Source: Epiperipatus broadwayi (taxonomy: Eukaryota > Animalia > Onychophora). From it: a stretch of 64,000 nt of DNA. Shown one piece after another: positions 54,201 to 64,000 of the stretch. The notes beneath the pieces were generated by a model. The model searched no databases. It was not told the origin of the DNA and saw only the letters and a list, made by a program, of their open reading frames with translations. Position 1 is the first letter of the stretch, and each line of letters begins with the position of its first letter. The translations under genes and the position numbers were made by a program. Where the stretch lies: contig JAQFVV010000006.1 in assembly GCA_028023455.1 (NCBI GenBank), positions 5,828,001 to 5,892,000 of the forward strand. Reading direction: 5' to 3'.

Positions 54201-55149
54201 GTGTTGCCAATATCACCTGCTTGCAATCACACAAATGGTGTTTCTGCACAATTATCTATAATCTGTTGTATTTTACAAGTTCTTCAATGGCATATTCAAT
54301 AATATCACTGCAGGCAGATTATTCTCAATCTATCTGAATATCATGCATTTCGGTAATGAATTAGATCACATGATAATATGATCAAATTAAAAACAACTTC
54401 ACTCCTGTGGTTTGAATGTCAAATGAAACTTCCAATTCCAACTAATTTAAATGTTACTTCCTTGGAGTCCTATAAATTCTGAAAAGTCTTCAGTGGTTTC
54501 ATAATTCAAAAAAAGTCAAAATGTCTTCTAACCTTCTTCAATGTTCAAATTTCACATTTGTAGACAATCGTAGGAAATAGCATGGCTGAACAATTCTGAT
54601 CTTCACCTTGAAATCATGCCCTTTCATCTAAAGATGTTTAGGAGTTTCATTGCAACTTTGTAAATACAGTTTAGTTCAGTAGAAAAATGATTGATTTGAG
54701 AGTTAAATGTTCTAAGTCCAAATCTTAATCTTCTGCTGCATGACTTGAATACTATATTATTTCCCAAGTGGCTGAACATTCAATTATTTCTTCCTATTTT
54801 GCCATAGGAGTTATATGACAGACTCAGCACCTAAAAGTCTTTCCACATCCTGAATGATTTAATCCAATAGTAGAAATATATTCAAAAGCAAAAAAATTCT
54901 GAATCATAGCTGAATTTTGTTTTTTCCTTGAATGTCATATGACCTCCCATGTAGTGAACCAACTTTGTCAGATCCTTGTTGCTGCATCAGTTTTAGAGTC
55001 AATTAATATCTCTGCCATTATAATCTTTGTGTGCCACATTATTGCAATGTCTTCTTTTCCCCTGGTGTGTTAACATTTCTAATAATATATCTTGGAATCA
55101 TTATTTTCTTTATACATGAGGAGATTGTTTACGATGCTTCTAAATGTAA

Positions 55150-55960
55150 TGAACATGCTAATAGCTCTAAACAAGCCCTTTTTTTTTGAATAAATGGTGC
55201 AAGAGAAAGCATTTAAAATCTCTATCTAGAATTATCTCTAACCCCAAACCAGTTTGAGCTGATAACTCTCATCAGTGAGGTACTAGGATATTCAGACCCT
55301 AGATCTAAAATACAAACTCAAGCCCAGCATATATTGAATACTTAACTATTAAGTAGAAAAGCTGAACTTTTCAGACATCTATATGTCTTCAAATCCAGCT
55401 ATCTAACTTAAATAGATATATGGGATTGAACAAAATTCAGATACACTATATATTAATAGTCTTGGCAATATAACATCGCCAAATTCTCAAAAGGCAAACT
55501 ATAACAGTAAGGTAATCAAATCATATATCACATGACTTAATTTAATAAGCTTGTATTTACATATAAAAATATGAGCATGCTAATTGCTCTAAATAAGCTT
55601 TTTTTGATAAATGCTACAAAAGAAAGCATTTAAAATCTCTATCTAGAATTATCTCTATCCCAAAACTGGTTTTGAGCTGATGGCTCTCATCAGTGAGCTT
55701 CTATGACATTCAGACACTGGATCTAAAATACAAACTTAAACCCAGCATTATTGATTACTTAAATATTATGTAGAAAATCTGAAATTTTCAGACAACTATG
55801 TGTTTTCAAATCCAGTTATCTAACTTAAATAACCATATAAGACTGAATTAAATTCAGATCCACCATATATTAATAGCCTTAGCAATATAGCATCACCAAA
55901 GCCTCAAAGCCAAGCCAAACTATAATAGCAAGGAAATCCCAAGTCACATGATGTATGATT
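55150..55960 (-). repeat. Tandem dimer (418-nt period) of an HH-D/E-related repeat with degenerate cores
   Basis: Reverse complement CTGATGA GAGC catca GCTC aAAAC CAGT at ~55660-55693 and CTGATGA GAGT tatca GCTC AAAC TGGT at ~55245-55275. Confidence 0.75.
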
Positions 55961-56279
55961 TCATTTCCTTACTATTATGATACTTCTATCAATCCTGAAA
56001 ATTATTTTCTTATATATGTGGAGATTGCCTGTGATATTTCTATCACTTCAACTTTGGCTCACTCTGCACATATATACACACAAGTTGAATAAGTATACCT
56101 GACTATCCGTGCTAAAATATGATAAGCCATAGTTTGTTTTAATCTGGTAAGCGATTCTTTCCTTAATGGAACAGACATCTGAATCAATGGTCTTATTAGA
56201 ATCAGTAATGTATCTGTTGTTGTTTTTTCTGTATTTCCTGGTCTTTTTACTTATCTGGTACACATAAGTAAAGATTGTT

Positions 56280-56510
56280 TATTAATTAGTATATGTATAA
56301 CATTTGGAAAGGTATTATTCTCCCCTCTTCTTCAGGTGTTGCTGGCCTGATCATGGACAGCACTAGCATGGGAATCAAACCTGGATCCTTAGATTCTTGC
56401 GTATTGAATTCTAAGCAATGCTCTAACCAACTGAGCCATCCTGCCAACACCTGAAGAAAAGAGGAGAATAATACCTCTCAAAATGTTATGTATATACTAA
56501 TTAATAAACA
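56280..56510. mobile_element. HH-B fold-back with a tRNA-like module in the loop
   Basis: Inverted arms ttaattagtatat...tcttcaggtgttg and caacacctgaaga...atatactaattaa enclose a minus-strand A/B-box module. Confidence 0.8.
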
Positions 56511-57210
56511 ATCAGAATATGTGCAATAGAAGACATAAGTAAAGATGTGTCTTATTCTTCAATCTTTCAGAGATCAGGTTATTCCCAGCAAAGTTATCTC
56601 TTATTTATTCTAAAATATTTGAAGCTCAACATCATCTAATGCTGTGGAAGAGACATTGTATAAGTTTATATAATTATCCAGTCTGCAGGCCCATCAATGC
56701 CCTTTCAGATTAATTTGTATAATAGTCCAACCACTATTACCGTTCTTCTTCAGAAGGTCATTTATAATTTTGCTAAATTAATTTCATATGTGCAAAACTT
56801 ATTGCAAACTTATTTTGTTAGAAACGGTCTTAAAAAAGTCAACTGAAGGAAGTTAATTATTAAATTTTAATTTGGAGATATGGTGACGGACATCTTTTTT
56901 CTTATTTATTTCTTTGGTTTTTAAGTGTTTAACAGATGTCGTAAAGCTGTTAAAAAATGGGTATTAGAGTGAAGTTTTTCTTTCCTCGTCTTATAATTAA
57001 TACTATTAAAAATTTACTTCTTATTAAGATTCATAAAAACATATATATATACCATAATCTCCTTAAAATTACTACATTTGGTTCTGAACTTTCCTTTGAC
57101 ACCCAAGACCATAGATTATGGTTAAGTTCTATATAATATGCAACTTTGCGCACACACACATCTACAAAATGAGCAAAAAGTTTAAAATTTGTGGCTAATT
57201 ATTCTAAAGT

Positions 57211-57440
57211 ATATAAAATTCGCTAAAACGCAAGAACATACAAAGCTGGAGAGAAAGAAATATTAATACAGAAAGATACAAACTAAATCTCTGTATCTAC
57301 ATATGTGGCTAAATGAGACCCTGACCCTCGAAAGCGCTTAGCCACATACGTAGATACAGATATTTAGTTTGTATCTATTTGTATTAATATTTCTTTCTCT
57401 TCAGCTTTGTGTGTCCATGCGTTTTAGTACGTTTTATATA
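57211..57440. repeat. Fold-back with a possible hammerhead remnant at its centre
   Basis: ~100-bp arms; centre ggct aaatga gaccctgaccctc GAAA GCGC TT agcc. Confidence 0.7.
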
Positions 57441-58591
57441 CATCTATGATAAAATTTAATTTAAAATAACATATTAAGTAACAAAGAAATGCAATTATGT
57501 AAAGGATAGACAATACAGTAATAAATTGAAAGTAGTTGTTTTCACACTATCCTGGACCATCTTCTGAAAGTCAGAGTAATTAAGGCACACTAGATGATAT
57601 GGTGCTATAAATATCCACTATATTATTTAATGGCTATTAGTTAATCAAACCTACACTAGATGACTCTGAGAAAAAAACTGCTTTGGAAGCAAGTGAGTGT
57701 GCTGAAAATGTCACATGACACTATTCTTGGTATTACTATTTCTAGCTAAAGGATAAAAGGGGCCTACAGTCGTTATAAAAATGTGGTTACTAAAATATAT
57801 AAAAACTGACTGGTGTCAAATTGATGCTACTGTAACAAGTGGGGTATGTGGATTCAAAAGCCTTAATGTTTTGTTGTTTTTTTTAATTTCAGGCTAGAAA
57901 TTATTAGATGCACAATTGTATTAATTTCAATTATCAATTCTGAGTTTCAGCTGATGATGAATGAAGAAAGAAAGGGTTTTGAAATATACATATTGTAACT
58001 ACATCATCAGATGTCCATTAATGATTCAGGCTTACAGTAGATATCTTTAGGCAAAAGTGGAGACAATAACTGAGAGTTGATTTTTGATGGGACTCATAGA
58101 AATGGACATGCATATATATTTATAAATTCATATTTGAATTTTTTGTTTCAAATTATGAGATACTAAAATCATGGATGGTGAATCCGAAAATCCCAACTAC
58201 TATATATCTTAGAATACCATTTAAGAAAAAAACATATTATGTCATTTAATTAATCTTTGTTGTTCAATAGTTTGAGCATCAAAAATAACAGAACTAGTCC
58301 ACAATGCATGGATTTTGAACTCCAAAGCTCACCATTGTACTGCTGAACCAAATCAATTCTATATTGAACCAGGTGGGGTAGTATATCAATAAATATATAT
58401 ATATAGCATAAAATTTTACTCTCTAATAAAAAACAAACTTAAAACTTACTCTTTAATAAAAACATTATTGTGAAAACATTATAAACAAATTGTAAGATAA
58501 ATTGTTGACTTCTTTTTATAGAAAATATGATATTATAAAATTATTATAAATTGATCTACTTCCGCTGCAATTTAATTATTGCACCACACCG

Positions 58592-58842
58592 GTCCCTTAG
58601 GCAGAGAAGCATAATACCCAAAGAGTACCTATGGCCAGTCCAAAGCTATATAAAATATATAACCACAACCATCTTTCCAGGCCACAGATCTTCTCGACTA
58701 CTGAATTCAACACCTGTCCCTTAGGCAGAGAAGCATACTACCCAAAGAGTACCTATGGCCAGTCCAAAGCTATATAAAATATATAACCACAACCATCTTT
58801 CCAGGCCACAGATCTTCTCGACTACTGAATTCAACACCTGTC
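58592..58842. repeat. Near-identical 124-bp tandem duplication
   Basis: gtcccttaggcagagaagcat...tcaacacct occurs twice with about one difference. Confidence 0.9.
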
Positions 58843-59814
58843 ATTCAAAAGACTTTCTTTTGTTTAGAAGTAAACTTCAGGTGCCAGCTAACTACAAGTA
58901 GTAGTTAACAGGCCCTGAATAACGGTAAACTAATTCAGCGCCTAAGAAATCCCAACTAACTCAATCGAATTATAATATAATAATAAACTGCTTGCAAAAC
59001 TTCTCTGCTAAGTTGTTCTTAGTGGTATAATTAAAGAATTGACCGACAATAATTAATAGACAAGTACTTTATTGTAAATATTTTAAATAGACTTAATACT
59101 AAAACTTATTCACTAATTTTATACATTTTTTTAAAATTAAACAATGATTTTATATATGATAACCACACACATTCTTAATAAAACATACAATAACAATGTA
59201 ATATAACACTATACGGATGAAATACACACAACATTGGACTTACAGCTAATTATTTCAAGGTTTGAAAGCTCTGTAACAATTTATTTGATCAAAGTAGATT
59301 ATTTGTTTTGTCGTTATTATTAACATAGTTTATTTGCGAATATCACAATCCACTTGCATTCAAGCGTGTCACTCCACTCACGACCACTTTTCAAAAACAT
59401 AATCAATTTACCTGCTTGAATGTATCAGTGTTATTAGATAGAGTGGAGAGTGATGGGTCATCTGAAAGTCTGTGCTCATATACCCTATATTACATATATA
59501 GACACAGGTATATAATAAGCCAGTGTTTCAGTTATTACATTGTAGAGACGTCTGCCCATCCTTGCATATGTATTAAATGGATTATGTCCTGTAAATGTGG
59601 GGTTCAGATTGACCTTAGGTCAACATGGGTGTGACAAGAATCTCGGCCTCAGGGTGGCCTTCGAGCATTCCATCATTAGATTTTCAATTGGATGGACGGT
59701 TGAAGAGTTGGAGTGTGTAGTAGATTGGAGCCTGTCCATTAAAGTATGAAGATTGTCTATCTTAATATATATCTAAGCACTTATAGTATATATGTATGAG
59801 AGATGATAATCTGG

Positions 59815-59858
59815 ACCAACTGATGATTGCTGGTTTAGCATGAAATACGTGTATTGGT
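59815..59858 (+). ncRNA. Type I hammerhead HH-F variant in a partial tandem repeat (59413-59965)
   Basis: ACCAA CTGATGA TTGCT ggttt AGCAT GAAA TACGTG TA TTGGT: 5-bp stem I and near-palindrome ATACGTGT. Confidence 0.72.
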
Positions 59859-61190
59859 GATTATTTATCTTTTCAGCATATATGTGCTTGAGTGTATCAG
59901 TGTTATTAGATAGAGTGGAGAGTGATGGGTCATCTGAAAGTCTGTGCTCATATACCCTATATTACAGGTTGATCAGAGGTAAAAATGTGGCAGATTTATT
60001 GGGTATATTATGATATTATGTGCAATGTTATTCATGTTAAAATTATTTCAAAAGTTAATCTGATCTTTTTTTTCTTTCCGCATTTACTTGAATTGGTGTC
60101 TACCAAAGAGCTTTAAACACCCCTTCTGCTGTAAATTGGCATACAAAATGTACTGCTATCTTGTGAGAGGCATGTGTTAATTATATTATTGAAAGTGTAT
60201 ATCAATAAGAAAAGAGAAGAGATATCGAGATATTAAAGAATAATAAATATGTGTGTTATTAAAATCATATATACAGTATAAGTTTAAACTACCTGTGGTT
60301 TATGCTAATTAATTTTTGTTTGAAGTTAGCATTCATATCTTGATATTGTGCTGCTATCTGATGAGATTTAAAAAAACACACCCTCCCTTCATCAAGTCAT
60401 GCACATGCATAATTAGGGTAAATGTCAGTGTTAAATGTTAAAAATACCTGAGGCTCATGTTCCACAGCTGGCGCAGGCCGGATTTTGGAAAAGATTAATT
60501 GCTTGCTTCGAAAGTGTTGTTAAGTGGTGGTTAGATTTAGAGGGTGGGTAAACAGGTTAGAATCCATAAATATTCTTGATCTTTGATCTCGCATGTGGTT
60601 AGATTCAAGGTACTTTTGCCCAGACTCTGAATCGTGTTGACTGAACATACAATTTTGACCGATACAATATATACACTTGTTGTTTTCTGTGTAAATAAAT
60701 ATAAGTGTTACTGAGTGCCAGATAAGCACATCACACAGAAACATTTACTACTCTCAATTATATGATTGGTCTGAAGACATTCTAAATAAACTCAATATCA
60801 GTTGTTTCCATTAGAAAGATAGGGCAGAGAATAGAATACACAGGAAAGCTTCAATTAGGAATGGTGTTGCTATTTTTCAAAAAGAAAAGTTTTCTGATGA
60901 AGAAATTAAAAAACAATATTGTAAAATACAAAGTAAACAGAAAAATGGATGCAGTCACCACAAAACTCATTTTTTGAGTAATTTTTTGGTCTGTCTTTAT
61001 TCTTGCTTGCTTGTTTTATTTTTTCCTTGTTTTTGAGTTGAGATAGCAATACTCATTTACGAGGGGCACTTTGTAGTTACTTTTAAATTTTTTATATTTT
61101 ATTTGTATATAAGTGTTTTTTGCAAAAAGTAAGAGCCTTAAATAGTTCTGACCTTTAGATTAATATTAGACTAATAGAAATAAAAAAAAT

Positions 61191-61293
61191 TTTTTCTCAT
61201 ATGTCATAGCATCGGCCAGGATATGAACCCACAACCATCTGCAACCAACTACTTGCTTGCAAGGCAGATGCGATGATCTCTCACTAACAATGC
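61191..61293 (-). mobile_element. tRNA-Gly SINE, insertion variant
   Basis: The reverse complement matches the 13862 and 39413 copies. Confidence 0.7.
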
Positions 61294-61329
61294 CTGCACT
61301 GATAGACTATCATTAATTCAAACAGCATT

Positions 61330-62360
61330 GATTATAGTTGTATGTTTATATTGGACTATTCCCATCATCTAATATGCGTATTGAATGTCTTTAGAAAAAT
61401 TTAACATTATTTAAATATTCCAAATACATTCAACTGTTAGTAATAGCACATCAAACAGTTTAGTATATGCCTGATCAGTGATAGTACTAGCTTGGGATTC
61501 AAACCTGAATCCTTAAATTCTTGATTATTGAATTTTCAGGTAACGCTCTATCCAACTGAGCCATTCTACCAAAGGCTACAGTCAGCAGAAATTTTATATA
61601 CTTATCTATGAGGTTCCTCATGATTTCTCCACTTTTTCCTAAGAGCAAAGTTGATTAGTGGCTTACATACATTATGTATAGTCACATTAGGTTGGCTTAT
61701 GGAATTTTTGCCATTGTCATATAAGCAGCTTCTTTAAATTTTCTTCTTTGTACCTTTTCTTCTAATATCCAATATTTTAGTATTTTCCCATTTTCTTCTT
61801 TTGGTATTTAACCCAAATGAACATATGTTCATTGGTCCATACATGGTCTGCTACCTTAGATACATCTATTTTCTCTCTTCTAATCATCAGTTTATGTTCT
61901 TGCAAGTGCTTTTCAATGGAATGACTGTCAATGGCAAAAAAATCTCATAAGCCATCCTACTGTGAGTATACATAATGTATGGAAGCCACTAATCTACTTT
62001 GCTCTTAAGATAAAGTGGAGAAATTAGGAGGAACCTCATAGATAAGTATATGAAATTTCTATTGATTGTTGCCTTTGGCAGGATGGCTCAGTTGGTTAGA
62101 GCGTTACCTTAAAATTCAATAATCAAGAATATAAGGATCCAGGTTCGAATCCAATGCTAGTACTGTCCCTGATCAGTCCAGAAACACCTAAAGAAGAGGG
62201 GAGAATAATAACTTTTGAAATGTTGTGTATATATTAATCTGTTTGGTGTGCTATTACTAATAGTTGAATGTATTTGGAATATTTAAATAAAGTTAAATTT
62301 TTCTAAAGACATTCAATACATATATTAGATGATAGAAATAGTCCAATATGACTATACAAC
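61330..62360. mobile_element. Head-to-head inverted pair of Penelope-like 3' fragments (HH-B family)
   Basis: Left arm (minus) 61330-61930 carries the GIY-YIG remnant and tRNA-like module. Right arm (plus) 61940-62360 carries the ORF tail, tRNA-like module (62077-62155), HH-B core (62188-62228) and AATAAA. Confidence 0.85.
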
Positions 62361-62780
62361 TAGAACACCATCATCACAAACCTTTAGGAAAACCATTGAT
62401 TATAATCCATATAAAGTCATAAGGTTTTATTTATTGTTTTAAGGTTTTATTTATTGTTTTAAGTACCATTACATAGAAATTTACTGTCAATATAAATATA
62501 AGCTTAATATTTAAAAAAGCAAGTCATATATAATGTGACATTACTTTTAATGAGTTTGTAGTTACAAAAATGCACATAGAGAGCGTACCAATAGCTCAAA
62601 CAAGCTCATAATTAACAAGTTCAGTCCCATATAGCTATTTAAGTTAGATAGCTGGATTTAAAGACATTTTCATGTCCGAAAAATTCAGAGTTTCTTCTTA
62701 AATATACGTTTGAAATAAGTGCTGGGTTTTTTTTTTTTTTTTGAGTTGATATTTTAGGTCTAGTGTCCGAATATTCTAGC

Positions 62781-62824
62781 TCTCCACTGACGTGGGCCAT
62801 AAGCTCAAAACCATGGTCTGGAGA
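62781..62824 (+). ncRNA. Type I hammerhead HH-D with two core mutations, inside fold-back 62573-62917
   Basis: tctcca CTGACGt GGGC cataa GCTC aAAAC CATG GTC tggaga: perfect 6-bp stem I and palindrome ACCATGGT. Confidence 0.7.
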
Positions 62825-64000
62825 TAAGAGTGTTCTGGATAGAGATTTTAAATATTTCTCATAACCGCACTTGTTAATTACGAGCTTGTTTGAGCTATTG
62901 GTATGCTCTCTATGTGTAAATATAAGCTTATTGTGTATTTTAAAATTTTGTAGTTTTAATACAATACACTTACACAGTATCACTAAATATTTCAATTTGT
63001 GCTAATTATGGAGAGAAAAGATAATGTTTATTTAAAATTTTAGCAGAATTTGGATTTATAATGAGGAGAAAGGTTTATTAATGAAATCTAAAACCCTGAC
63101 AAATTCAAAAACCTGAAATTAACAGGTATGGATTAATGATTGTCTAATTGTATATCGCTATATTGGATGCTCAAGCTATAACATCATGTTGATCATAAAT
63201 GGTAGTATTTAAAATGGTGAAATCTGAAAGACTGAAAAATTTAATATGCCTGAAACTAATAGGTATGGATTAATGATTATCTATTTGTATAGTGCCATTT
63301 TTAATATTCAACTTATAATATCAAACTGAGCATAATAGTACTATATAAATAAATACTAATACATTGCTGATGAAGATAATATATATCATGCTAAATTGAA
63401 GGATTTTTTTTATCAATAGATAGTGTTTGGAAAAAAAAGGTGTATAAAAAAATCTTCTAGGTAATAAATGAAGATTTAATATACTTTAATGTTTGTAATA
63501 AGGACATAAATAATATCATGGTTTATCAAATATGTAACATCAAAAACATAAATCCATTCATAGAACAAACAAGACTGAATACAGTACTAAGATAATTCAC
63601 AAGCTGGATCCACAAAGAAACATTTAAATGAACTTGTAAATAATTCAAATTTCTCATCCTTTGGACATACATATCTCAATTTTTTATCTGACAAAATAAA
63701 TTGGCATTGATTTAGCAAAAGTTATGTGTTATTTGTGAATAAACTTGATAATGTATTCAGATGCCGATATTTTTGTTCCATAAATAAGTCTTAATTTCAA
63801 TTGGGATGTAAGGAATGGTGTTATACATTGTATCATAACTCTTACAGATATCATGTCCAGCTACTTGTTCAGACATAGCAACATGAGGGACTGATAACAA
63901 GGGGTCTTCTTTTGATTAGTAGTAACTTAGACAGGTTTACTGTAGTTTTCATTCAACCTACAGAAATGATTATATGATAGGTTGCTACATGTTCATACAC

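Noticed and set aside
53491-54302. Hydrophobic poly-L/I/V ORFs
   Set aside because: Trinucleotide low-complexity artefact.
62077-62155. Intron-containing tRNA gene
   Set aside because: No 3' acceptor strand complementary to ggcagga and a poor T stem; it is part of a repeat.

Overview
AT-rich eukaryotic (invertebrate, probably arthropod; inferred) genomic DNA that is almost entirely intron and repeat sequence. The only host coding sequence I can support is one 145-nt minus-strand exon (7565-7709) of a Drosophila Mmp2-like matrix metalloproteinase (hemopexin domain). The rest is mobile DNA: a decayed ~3.4 kb endonuclease-RT-CCHC LINE with three fragments, RTE 3' ends, hAT and mariner derivatives, a tRNA-Gly SINE, minisatellites and many palindromes. 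The main signal, absent from the ORF track, is roughly 30 copies (many degenerate) of minimal type I hammerhead ribozyme (HHR) motifs in about six sequence families, which I label HH-A to HH-F. They lie in Penelope-like element (PLE) derived repeats arranged as tandem units of ~320-470 nt and as fold-backs whose 3' ends always point outward. Most families carry their own palindromic stem III. HH-B is physically linked to Penelope GIY-YIG endonuclease remnants and a tRNA-Phe-like Pol III module. All structures were read by eye; none were computed or searched.
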